A stretch of 64,000 nucleotides of DNA, taken from contig JAPPMP010000024.1 of assembly GCA_028819005.1 (NCBI GenBank), forward strand, positions 85,606 to 149,605, read 5' to 3'. Positions 1 to 8,418 of the stretch are shown here, piece after piece (position 1 is the first letter of the stretch; every line of letters starts with the position of its first letter). The notes beneath the pieces were generated by a model that did not search any database, had not been told where the DNA came from, and saw only the letters and a list, made by a program, of their open reading frames with translations. Source of the stretch: Acidimicrobiaceae bacterium. Its GTDB lineage: Bacteria; Actinomycetota; Acidimicrobiia; Acidimicrobiales; Aldehydirespiratoraceae. Made by a program: the position numbers and the translations under genes.

Positions 1-628
1 GGCCGCCAATCGGCAGCAGATTCTGTTCACGGACCCAGAAAGCGTCGAGCGACGCAGGGGCTGCAACCAAGCCGTCCTCTTTCAGCGACTCGAGCACCGC
101 GTTGGTGATCGGCGTGCCGAAGAGTTGGCCGAGCACGACGACATCATCCTTGACCTCGTTGTAGACCTGCACCGCAGTCGCCGGGTTGTACTGATGGTCG
201 ACTTCGACCGTCTCGATCAGGTACTGGCCGGCAACGCCGCCCTGACTGTTGATGTAGTCGTAGTAGACCTGACCACCGGCGGTCAGCGGAACTCCGATGA
301 TCGCGACCGGACCGGAGAGATCGGAGATCACCCCGACCTTGATGGTCGTGCCGTCGAAGCCTGGACCCGTCGCGATCTCGGCTGCCATATCGTCGCCGTC
401 GGCCATGTCGTCGCCGTCGGCCATGTCATCGCCGTCAGCCGTGTCGTCACTGTCGGCCATGTCGTCACTGTCGGCCATGTCGTCGCCGTCGGCCATGTCA
501 TCACTGTCGGCCATGTCATCACCGGTATCGGCGCTGCCTGAGTCCTCGTCATCGTCGCCACACGCTGCCGCGAACAGCGTCAAGGCGAGCAGCAGTGCCG
601 TCAATCGGAACCATTGTTTCTTTTTCAT
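1..628 (-). CDS. Liv/Peripla_BP_6-type ABC substrate-binding lipoprotein, N-terminal part (runs off the window start)
   Basis: Own translation of the minus strand from ATG 628-626: MKKKQWFRLTALLLALTLFAAACGDDDEDSG..., lipobox LFAAAC. GGAGGGG lies just upstream (631-637). Then 8x D-D-M-A-D-G/S, then GFDGTTIKVGVISDLSGP...YDYINSQGGVAGQ, typical of LivJ/K-like binding proteins. The frame is open to position 1. It is absent from the ORF track because it has no stop in the window. Confidence 0.75.
   Translation of the reverse strand, partial: MKKKQWFRLTALLLALTLFAAACGDDDEDSGSADTGDDMADSDDMADGDDMADSDDMADSDDTADGDDMADGDDMADGDDMAAEIATGPGFDGTTIKVGVISDLSGPVAIIGVPLTAGGQVYYDYINSQGGVAGQYLIETVEVDHQYNPATAVQVYNEVKDDVVVLGQLFGTPITNAVLESLKEDGLVAAPASLDAFWVREQNLLPIGG
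384..527. repeat. 18-bp x 8 in-frame tandem repeat encoding (DDMADG/S)n
   Basis: Units gccatRtcRtcRcYgtcg at 384, 402, 420, 438, 456, 474, 492 and 510. They lie in the linker after the lipobox of the partial SBP. Confidence 0.9.
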
Positions 629-657
629 GTCCCCTCCAAGGGCGTCTGTGGCAACTC

Positions 658-1863
658 TCAGTACGAGAACGGCCAGGTTGAGAAATAGTTGCGGATACGA
701 ACCCAGATTCCAGCCAGTCCTCGGTGCTCCACCAGAAGGAACAAGGCGATTAGGAACCCGTAAATGATCACATTAAGCGAAGCGACGGACACCAGCCCAG
801 AATCTGTGCTTTTGGCTGCCACCCCAGGCACACCGTAGTCCGCGGAGATGCCGTCTATCAGTCGCGGGAGCGCGGTTATCACCAGCGCACCGATTATCGA
901 TCCGTAGATCGTGCCCATCCCACCGAGAATTATCATGGCGATGAACTGGATGGATACAAGCAACGTGAAGTCGCCTGGGCTGATGAAGAGCTGGAGCGGC
1001 GCATACAGTGCTCCCGCCAGAGCCGCGATCGCGGCTGACCAGGCGAACGCCTGGGTCTTGTAACCAGCGATCCCCACATCGATCCCGATGATCTCCGCAG
1101 CGATGTCCCGGTCGCGAACGGCCTGCAGCGCTCTTCCGGGACGCGTCCGCACGACGTTCTTCGTCAGCCAGGCAACGACCGCGACAAGCAGCCAGATCAA
1201 CCAGAAAAAGCTCTCGTCCTTCCCGAACGATTTGCCGAACAGGCTCAGGTTCTCGAAATCCACGAAACCCAGGTTCAACTCCACGCCTGCAGCCGACGTC
1301 CCGGCGTTTCCTCCAGTGACGCTCCTCCAGTTCCTGAAAATGTGCTCGCCGATGAACACCAGGCCAAGCGTCACTATCACCAGGTAGTTGCCGCGGAGAC
1401 GAAGCGCGAAGGGCCCGATGGCCGCGCCGAGCAGCCAGCCCAACGCCGGCGCGAAGAAGATCCAGAGCCACATCGGCCAACCCCAGACAGAGCCCGCGTA
1501 TGCCGTGCTGTAGGCGCCGACGGCCAAGAAAACCGAGTGCCCGAGCGAGACCTGTCCGGTGTAGCCGGTGAGAAGGTTCAGCCCGATCGCGGCGATCGAG
1601 AACACTCCGGCGTAAGCCAGTGTGTTGAGCGAGATTCCGTTGCCGCTGAGAAGCGTGAAGGGCGGCACATCCCAGAACACTGGTATGAACGCCCAAATCA
1701 AGATCAGCGCTGCCAATGCTGACCGCCTCAGCCGGTTCGGGAACAGACGCAGGTCGTCGCGATAGCGGACGTGCATTGTTGTCGCCGGGCGCAGCCGGAG
1801 CCGCGGTGCGCCTTTGCCGGGCGCAGCCGGAGCCGCGTGTTCGGGGCCGGAATCGGTGCTCAT
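658..1863 (-). CDS. Branched-chain amino acid-type ABC transporter permease (LivM family)
   Basis: ORF 658..2409 trimmed to ATG 1863, which overlaps the upstream permease stop (ATGA at 1860-1863). Multi-TM with LLTGYTGQVSLGHSVFLAVGAY. Alternative ATG 1776 would leave the repeat copies at 1787-1837 noncoding. Confidence 0.85.
   Translation of the reverse strand: MSTDSGPEHAAPAAPGKGAPRLRLRPATTMHVRYRDDLRLFPNRLRRSALAALILIWAFIPVFWDVPPFTLLSGNGISLNTLAYAGVFSIAAIGLNLLTGYTGQVSLGHSVFLAVGAYSTAYAGSVWGWPMWLWIFFAPALGWLLGAAIGPFALRLRGNYLVIVTLGLVFIGEHIFRNWRSVTGGNAGTSAAGVELNLGFVDFENLSLFGKSFGKDESFFWLIWLLVAVVAWLTKNVVRTRPGRALQAVRDRDIAAEIIGIDVGIAGYKTQAFAWSAAIAALAGALYAPLQLFISPGDFTLLVSIQFIAMIILGGMGTIYGSIIGALVITALPRLIDGISADYGVPGVAAKSTDSGLVSVASLNVIIYGFLIALFLLVEHRGLAGIWVRIRNYFSTWPFSY
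1787..1837. repeat. Two copies (32-nt spacing) of the core GGGCGCAGCCGGAGCCGCG
   Basis: Copies at 1787 and 1819. Same core as the 42-bp array at 15975-16142. They lie at the livH/livM junction. Confidence 0.8.
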
Positions 1864-2942
1864 ACGCGACGCACCTCCTCGGTGCCGAGCAGTCCGTAGG
1901 GGCGGACCATCAAGACGATGATCATGACGATGAAGATCGCCACCCGCTCGAATCCGGCGCCGAGCCAGTCGAGGTCCTCGATCGGGAACCATTCGGGAGT
2001 GGTGGCGATATAGGTCTTCACGAGGTTCTGAAGCCAGCCGACCAGCAGTCCGCCGGCCACCGCCCCTGCGGGGGAGTCCAAGCCCCCGACGATCATTGCC
2101 GGGAACGCGAAAAAGACCACGAAGTCGAGGTTCGGAGTGATGAGTTCGGGGCCGGCTGTGGCCGCGCTGCCCGCCAGCGCCGCCGCGCCGCCAGCGATGG
2201 CGAACGCTGTAGCGAACACGATCTTTGTTGAGATTCCCTGCGCGATGGCCGCTTCGTGGTCGAAATGCGTGGCCCGCATGGCGACGCCGATCCGGCTGTA
2301 GCGGTCGACTAGGAAGAACACTCCGAGCGCAAGCACAGCCATGGCGATGGCCGCGAGCTTGGAGTGTTGAAGGACCAACCCTCCCACTCGCGAGGTCGAC
2401 AGTTCCCATGGGTCGTTGACACTGAGTTCGGCGAACCCCCAGATCGAAGCCACAACTTGTTTGACGATGAACAGCACCCCGATGGTGACCATGATCGCCC
2501 CGAACAGCGGCAGCTCGGAGGGTCCCCTGTCACCGTAACGGGCCTCGATGCGAGCGGTCGCAAACCACCCCAGCAAACCGATGACGACACCCCCCGACAG
2601 CCCGACCAGATGCGTGGCGCCGTTGTAGAAGAGGGTCGCCCACCCCAACAGGCCTGCGGAGATACCGACGACTTCGCGAAAGACTCGCTGCAGCATGGCT
2701 CGTTGCAACAGCACGCTGAATCCGGCGCACACCAGTACGGACAAGACGATGCCGGCGTAGTAGTTCCAACCCCACGACGTACTGACGTTGTAGGTGATGT
2801 AACCACCGAGCAGCAGCGCGCCGCCCTGCGCGAAGTTGATGATGCCCGTGGCGCGGTATATGACCACGAACCCGAGCACAATAAGCGCATACAAGGACCC
2901 CGAGGCGACTCCGTCGAAGGTTGCCTGCCAGAAGGCGGTCAT
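1860..2942 (-). CDS. Branched-chain amino acid-type ABC transporter permease (LivH family)
   Basis: 360 aa. The N-terminus FDGVASGSLYALIVLGFVVIYRATGIINFAQG is typical of LivH. The start overlaps the upstream ligase stop. Confidence 0.9.
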   Translation of the reverse strand: MTAFWQATFDGVASGSLYALIVLGFVVIYRATGIINFAQGGALLLGGYITYNVSTSWGWNYYAGIVLSVLVCAGFSVLLQRAMLQRVFREVVGISAGLLGWATLFYNGATHLVGLSGGVVIGLLGWFATARIEARYGDRGPSELPLFGAIMVTIGVLFIVKQVVASIWGFAELSVNDPWELSTSRVGGLVLQHSKLAAIAMAVLALGVFFLVDRYSRIGVAMRATHFDHEAAIAQGISTKIVFATAFAIAGGAAALAGSAATAGPELITPNLDFVVFFAFPAMIVGGLDSPAGAVAGGLLVGWLQNLVKTYIATTPEWFPIEDLDWLGAGFERVAIFIVMIIVLMVRPYGLLGTEEVRRV

Positions 2943-4726
2943 CGGTACATCTGCTCGATCAGATCTTCGAACTGCTCGGTGATGGCTGTTCGCTTGACTT
3001 TCTGGGTGGCGGTCAGTTGTCCGTCCTCGTGGTCGAGCTCGACCGTCATGAATTCGAAACGCTTGATGGTCTCGACCTGCGCGAACTCGCGGTTCGCCTC
3101 CTGCAATACACCCTCGATCAGAGAGCGCACCTCGGGCTTGTTCGAAAGATCGCGGTATGTCGTGTAGGTCACGCCGTTTCGGGTCGCCCAGTCTCCGACC
3201 GTGTCGTACTCGATGCCGACCAATGCGGTCAGGTACTTGCGACGATCACCGATCACCACGGCCTCCCGCACGAACGGCGACACCTTCAGGCGATTCTCGA
3301 TCTCTGAAGGAGAAATGTTCTTGCCTCCCGCGGTGATGATGACGTCCTTCTTGCGGTCGGTGATCGTCAGGTAACCGTCCCCGTCGATGAACCCGACGTC
3401 GCCTGTGTGCAACCAGCCGTCGTTGTCGATCGTCTCCGCCGTCGCCTGCGGATTCTTGTAGTAGCCCACGAAGGTTCCGCCGCCTCGGGTGAGGATCTCG
3501 CCGTCTTCGGCAATGCGCACCTCAGCGCCCCCGACTGCCACCCCGACAGTGCCGATGCGCACGTCGCCGACCGGGTTGATCGTGCCTTGGGCGCAGTTCT
3601 CGGTCTGCCCGTACCCCTCGCGCACCGGCACTCCGATCGACCAGAACCAGTCGAGTACCTGCGGGGCGATCGGCGCCGCTCCCGAAAGTGCTTTGTCGCA
3701 ACGGCTCATCCCGAGCCGCTCCTTGAGCGCGCGGAACAACAGGAGTGATCCCAATGCCGCGATCACTCTGTCTGACCAGCGAATTCGGCCGCTCATGCGG
3801 GCCTTGGCGAATTGCTCGCCCTTGGCGGTCCAATACCGGTAGTTGCGTCGTTTCAGCCACGAAGCGTCGTTCATGCGCACTTGAACGCTCGCCAACATCT
3901 TTTCCCAGACTCGGGGAACGCCCAGAAAGAACGTCGGCTGCACCTCTCGCATATCGTTGGCAAAGGCTGCCCCGCCTTCGCCGAAGTTCGCCGTGTACCC
4001 GCCGCTGACTGCGTTGACGACCGTGATCAGTCGCTCCGCGATGTGACACAGGGGAAGATACGAGAGGACTTCGTCGCCGGGACCGAGGGAGAACTCCGCG
4101 TCGTAGTCCGTGAACGCAGCGTGCATGTTGGCGTGGCTGATCATCGCTCCCTTGGGCGGCCCGGTAGTACCCGAGGTGTAGACGATGATGGCCGCCTCCG
4201 CGTCGGACAGCGCCGCCACAGACTCGTCGAAGTCGGCTGCAGGCTGGTCTCGGCCCCGTTCCAGCAGTTCTTCAAAGGTGAGAATCCGCGGATCGTCCAG
4301 GACCCGGACCCCGCGGGGGTCGATGACCACGATGTAGGACAGGCCCTTGAGCTGATCCCAGACTTCGAGGGTCTTGTCGAGCTGCTCTTCGTCCTCTGCG
4401 ACCACGACCTTCGCTTCGGAATGAGCCAGCAGATAACGGACTTCGGACGCGGGGCTGGTCGGGTAGACCCCGACAGTGACCGCACCGATACCCTGGGCGC
4501 CCAGGTCGGCAAAAACCCATTCAGGCCGGTTCTCAGCGTGGACCGCGACCTTGTCACCCTTGTTCACACCGAGGCTGCGCAGGCCGAGACCCACTCGGCG
4601 GGTGAGTTCCGCGTAGTCGTTCCAGGTGTACTCGCGCCAGATTCCCAACTTCTTGTGGCGGAGGGCGACTGAATCACCCTCCGCGGCCGCTCGAGACAGG
4701 AGCTTCTGTGGAAGGGAGATATTCAC
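2939..4726 (-). CDS. AMP-forming long-chain acyl-CoA ligase (FadD-like) embedded in an ABC operon
   Basis: 595 aa. AMP-binding motifs YTSGTTGPPKGAM and EGYGQTEN, and C-terminal ...LTATQKVKR. 4-nt overlaps with both neighbours. Confidence 0.9.
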   Translation of the reverse strand: MNISLPQKLLSRAAAEGDSVALRHKKLGIWREYTWNDYAELTRRVGLGLRSLGVNKGDKVAVHAENRPEWVFADLGAQGIGAVTVGVYPTSPASEVRYLLAHSEAKVVVAEDEEQLDKTLEVWDQLKGLSYIVVIDPRGVRVLDDPRILTFEELLERGRDQPAADFDESVAALSDAEAAIIVYTSGTTGPPKGAMISHANMHAAFTDYDAEFSLGPGDEVLSYLPLCHIAERLITVVNAVSGGYTANFGEGGAAFANDMREVQPTFFLGVPRVWEKMLASVQVRMNDASWLKRRNYRYWTAKGEQFAKARMSGRIRWSDRVIAALGSLLLFRALKERLGMSRCDKALSGAAPIAPQVLDWFWSIGVPVREGYGQTENCAQGTINPVGDVRIGTVGVAVGGAEVRIAEDGEILTRGGGTFVGYYKNPQATAETIDNDGWLHTGDVGFIDGDGYLTITDRKKDVIITAGGKNISPSEIENRLKVSPFVREAVVIGDRRKYLTALVGIEYDTVGDWATRNGVTYTTYRDLSNKPEVRSLIEGVLQEANREFAQVETIKRFEFMTVELDHEDGQLTATQKVKRTAITEQFEDLIEQMYR

Positions 4727-5493
4727 GCGGTCTCTCCCAGGTACGCTGCAATGACCTCCGGGTCGGACTGAATATCGGCGGGGAGCCCGGTAGCGAGGCT
4801 CTGTCCGAAGTTCAGGGCCATCACTCGGTCAGCGATGTCCATGACCATGTGCATGTCATGTTCCACGAGGATCATGGCGATGTGGAGATCGTTGCGAATC
4901 TCGATGATGAAACGAGCCATGTCTTCAGTCTCTTCGAGGTTCATGCCCGCAACAGGCTCGTCCAACAACAGCAGGGTCGGCTCCATCGACAGGGCACGAC
5001 CCAACTCGATGCGCTTCTGGATTCCGTAGGGAAGCATGCCGACCGGGCTGCGCCGGTACGGCTGCAGCTCCAGGAAGTCGATTATCTCTTCGACGCCGGC
5101 TCGGTGCTCGATCTCCTCGCGCCTGGCCCTGCCGAACCACAGAGCGCCCGATACGAATCCGCTTTTCATCAGCAGATGACGGCCGAGCATCAAGTTGTCG
5201 ACCAAGTTGAGGTTGGAGAAGAGTCCCAGATTCTGGAAGGTCCGCGCCACCCCGAGTCCGGCTATCTCGGTCGGCTTGAGGCCGACGAGTGGCCTGCCGC
5301 AGAAGTTGATTTCGCCGCTCTCGGGCCGGTACACGCCGTTGAGGCAGTTGAAAATGGAAGTCTTGCCTGCGCCGTTGGGGCCGATTATCGCGAACAGCTC
5401 GCCGGGCTCGACCGTGAACGAGACGTCGTTGAGAGCAACGACCCCTCCGAAGCGCAGGGACACTTGATCGAAGAGAAGAAGCGGCTCGTTCAT
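4723..5493 (-). CDS. ABC transporter ATP-binding protein (LivG-like)
   Basis: Walker A GPNGAGKTS, signature LPYGIQKRIELGRAL, Walker B LLLLDEP. Confidence 0.9.
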   Translation of the reverse strand: MNEPLLLFDQVSLRFGGVVALNDVSFTVEPGELFAIIGPNGAGKTSIFNCLNGVYRPESGEINFCGRPLVGLKPTEIAGLGVARTFQNLGLFSNLNLVDNLMLGRHLLMKSGFVSGALWFGRARREEIEHRAGVEEIIDFLELQPYRRSPVGMLPYGIQKRIELGRALSMEPTLLLLDEPVAGMNLEETEDMARFIIEIRNDLHIAMILVEHDMHMVMDIADRVMALNFGQSLATGLPADIQSDPEVIAAYLGETA

Positions 5494-6305
5494 GCGCTCC
5501 AGCGTTTCTTGCGACGGTAGGACTTGACGTCTCGGAAGGACTTGCGTCCCGCTTCGCCGACTCCGAGGTAGAACTCGCGAATGTCGTCGTCTCCGAGCAG
5601 ATCGCCCGCTGAGCCTTCCTTCACGATTCGTCCATTCTCGAGCACATAGGCCCGGTCCGAGACGGACAGAGCCATGCGTGCATTCTGCTCGACGAGCAGC
5701 ACGCTCGTTCCCTGTTCGTTGACGGTGGTGATGATCTCGGAGATCTGCTCCACAAGTTTGGGCGCCAATCCCAACGAGGGTTCGTCCAGCAGCAGGAGTT
5801 TCGGCGAGGCCATCAGAGCCCGACCGATGGCCAGCATCTGTTGTTCTCCACCGGACAGATAACCGGCGGTGTCGCGTTGGCGCGGTTTCAATACTGGGAA
5901 CAGGTCCATGACCCGATCATGGGCAGCGGCGACTGCGCTGTGGTCGCGTACCGTGTAAGCCCCGGCGCGCAAGTTCTCCTCGACTGTCAACTCGGCGAAA
6001 ATCCGGCGCCCTTCCATGACCTGCGACACGCCGGCCCGCACCAGCTTCGCCGGATCGGCGTGGTCGGCCGGCTCCTGGTCGAAGATGATCGAACCTTTGG
6101 TCATCTCCCCGCGGTGAACCTCGAGCAGTCCGGTGATCGCCCGCAACAATGTGGTCTTGCCCGCACCGTTCGCGCCGAGAATCGTGACGATCTCGCCCTG
6201 GTCAACCCGCAGGCTGACGCCGCTCAAGACCAGGATGACGCTGTTGTAGACGATCTCGACATTGCGAACATCGAGGATCGCCGGAAGTTCTGGCTCAGCG
6301 TTCAT
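5490..6305 (-). CDS. ABC transporter ATP-binding protein (LivF-like, with a basic C-terminal tail)
   Basis: Walker A GANGAGKTT, LSGGEQQMLAIGRAL, LLLLDEPS. First gene of the minus-strand operon 6305->1. Confidence 0.9.
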   Translation of the reverse strand: MNAEPELPAILDVRNVEIVYNSVILVLSGVSLRVDQGEIVTILGANGAGKTTLLRAITGLLEVHRGEMTKGSIIFDQEPADHADPAKLVRAGVSQVMEGRRIFAELTVEENLRAGAYTVRDHSAVAAAHDRVMDLFPVLKPRQRDTAGYLSGGEQQMLAIGRALMASPKLLLLDEPSLGLAPKLVEQISEIITTVNEQGTSVLLVEQNARMALSVSDRAYVLENGRIVKEGSAGDLLGDDDIREFYLGVGEAGRKSFRDVKSYRRKKRWSA

Positions 6306-6382
6306 GCAAGGTGAAATGTAACACGGAGAACATCGGTCAGTTAGAGGCCGAGCGGATTGATCCCAAACACGGTTGCCGAACA

Positions 6383-6430
6383 GCGAGGCCGTGGCCCGAG
6401 CGGCCCGTGAGCGCAGCGAACAAGAGCGGG
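6383..6430 (-). repeat. Dispersed ~49-nt GC-rich element, copy 1
   Basis: The reverse complement, ccccgctcttgttcgctgcgctcacgggccgctcgggccacggcctcgc, matches 30975-31023 at about 46/49 positions. It lies 77 nt upstream of the operon start at 6305. Confidence 0.85.
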
Positions 6431-6475
6431 GAACAACAGGTATCAGCGCAATGACCTTTCAATCCGCGCACGCTC

Positions 6476-7672
6476 TTACTCGAATGGCAGGTTGAGCAGT
6501 TTGATGGCGTTGCCCCGGGCGATCTTGTAGACGGCCTCGTCGTCGAGATGCCCGAACAGCGACTGCGCCTTCTGCTTGGAGTGCGGGAAGGTGCCGTCGG
6601 AATGGGGGTAGTCAGTCTCGAAGAGGACGTTGTCCACACCGACCTCGTCGAGCATCTTCATGCCGGCGCTGTCGTTGAAGAAACAGCTGTAGATCTGCCG
6701 GTAGTAGTAGAATGAGGGCTTCTCCGGCAGGCGCTCGGCGCCCTGAGCCCACTGATGGGTCATGTAGTTCTCGTCGGCCCGTTCGATGAAGTAGGGGATC
6801 CAGCCGATCTGGCTCTCCGCGTACATCAACTTCAATGCGGGGTAGCGGTGCAGCACGCCCGAGAACAGAAAGTCGACCATGGACGCGGCGCTGTTGGCTG
6901 AGATCATGGTGGCGGTCACGAGCGTCGGCGCGTCCTCCGAGGTGCTCACGGTGCGGGTGCCGGATCCGATATGCATGGCGATGACCGTTCCCGTCTCTTC
7001 ACATGCTTGGAAGAAGGGGTCCCAGTAGCCCGAGTGAATCGACGGCAGACCCAGCCAAGCCGGCAACTCCGACCAGGCGGTCGCGTTGACGCCTCGGGCG
7101 GCGTTGCGGCGGATCTCCGCCGCGGCCAGTTCGACGTCCCACAACGGCACGATGCACAGCGGGATCAGCCGACCGCCGGAACCGCCGCACCATTCTTGGA
7201 CCATCCAGTCGTTGTAGGCCTCAACGCAGAGCTTGGAGAGTTCCTTGTCCTTGCGTTCAGCGAACAACTGCCCGCAGAAACGGGGGTAGTTGGGAAAGCA
7301 CAGCGACGCCTCCACATGGTTGACGTCCATGTCCGCCAGACGGTCCGCCGCCTGGTAGCACCCGGGGCGAATGTCGTCGTATGTGACCCCCTTCATGCTG
7401 ACCTCTTCTGGAGGAGTGCCGGCACAGGCGATCATGTGCTTGATCTGGTAGCGGTGGTCCTCGTAGTGCCACCAAGCCGCCATCTTGTCGCCGGTCCCCG
7501 GCTGTTCAACCCAGGCGCCGCCCTCGAGAGCCATCTCGCCTTGAGGTGCAATCACGATGCGAGGGCCCACGTCCCGGTACTTGGCGGGGAGGCGGTCGGT
7601 CCAGATGTCCGCGGGCTCAACGACGTGATCGTCGACGCTGATGATCTTGGGGAAGTCAGCGGCAGTGCCCAC
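6476..7672 (-). CDS. Amidohydrolase_2 family metal-dependent hydrolase/decarboxylase (ACMSD-like)
   Basis: 398 aa. N-terminal ISVDDHVVEP, C-terminal FETDYPHSDGTFPHS. Paralog of 14713..15939. Confidence 0.8.
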   Translation of the reverse strand: MGTAADFPKIISVDDHVVEPADIWTDRLPAKYRDVGPRIVIAPQGEMALEGGAWVEQPGTGDKMAAWWHYEDHRYQIKHMIACAGTPPEEVSMKGVTYDDIRPGCYQAADRLADMDVNHVEASLCFPNYPRFCGQLFAERKDKELSKLCVEAYNDWMVQEWCGGSGGRLIPLCIVPLWDVELAAAEIRRNAARGVNATAWSELPAWLGLPSIHSGYWDPFFQACEETGTVIAMHIGSGTRTVSTSEDAPTLVTATMISANSAASMVDFLFSGVLHRYPALKLMYAESQIGWIPYFIERADENYMTHQWAQGAERLPEKPSFYYYRQIYSCFFNDSAGMKMLDEVGVDNVLFETDYPHSDGTFPHSKQKAQSLFGHLDDEAVYKIARGNAIKLLNLPFE

Positions 7673-7729
7673 CCCAAAACCGTACCGCCGGACTTCCTCG
7701 ATCGACCAGACGGACGCGCTGGTCGAGGC

Positions 7730-8182
7730 TCAGTCGAGCGAATACAGCAGATGGTGGCTCAGGTCGCCCGCCTGATCCACGAACATGATCCTGGTGTCGA
7801 ACCACCACTCGTCGCCGAGACGCTTGAAGGTGTCGTGGTACCGCCCGGTGATGATGATCTGCAACGGCAGCTCCGGAGTTGCCTGGGTCACGGTGTAGTA
7901 GCTCCGACTGGAGGCTGTCCCCGCTTCCTGGTCGACTTCGATGATCGCGTTGCCGGTGATGTGGTGCGTCTTGGGGGTCCCGTCCTCGTAGAGCCGGGTA
8001 GCAGCGTCGTACATTCTGCGCACTCCCTCCGAGCCCTCGAAAGTGGCCTCCGGCGGCGCGTCGGGCACGGCGCAGATACGGCCGTGTTTGAACAGGTCGG
8101 CTATACCGCCGAGGTCTCCCGCATCGATTCGCTCGGCGTACAGGTAGAGCAGGTTCTCGATCATTCGGGCGGCGTCGGTCAT
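7730..8182 (-). CDS. SnoaL-like / NTF2-fold family protein
   Basis: 150 aa. IENLLYLYAERIDAGDLGGIADLF... and ...RYHDTFKRLGDEWWF follow the pattern of the SnoaL_4/NTF2 family. Confidence 0.6.
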   Translation of the reverse strand: MTDAARMIENLLYLYAERIDAGDLGGIADLFKHGRICAVPDAPPEATFEGSEGVRRMYDAATRLYEDGTPKTHHITGNAIIEVDQEAGTASSRSYYTVTQATPELPLQIIITGRYHDTFKRLGDEWWFDTRIMFVDQAGDLSHHLLYSLD

Positions 8183-8374
8183 GTCGAGACGATAGAGAAC
8201 GCTCGGACGCGCTATCCAGACAGACGATGAATCTCTCAGACGACTTCGTCTTGGACACTGTGCCGGCCGCGGCCCGCCGGAAACTCATCGACATGAGCAC
8301 GTCGATCGGCCAACGGGAATCGATCACCGTTGATGTGAACTTCCCGACCTGAAGCAAGCCGCCGCCCGTATACA

Positions 8375-8389
8375 GTTAGAGTGTCTAAC
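8375..8389. promoter_or_regulatory. Perfect 6-3-6 palindrome GTTAGA-GTG-TCTAAC in the divergent SnoaL / Mo-oxidoreductase promoter region
   Basis: Read directly. It is 30 nt upstream of GTG 8419, in a locally AT-richer stretch (8360-8415). Confidence 0.4.
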
Positions 8390-8418
8390 GTTCGTATTCA
8401 CACCCTTGAAAGAAGCAT

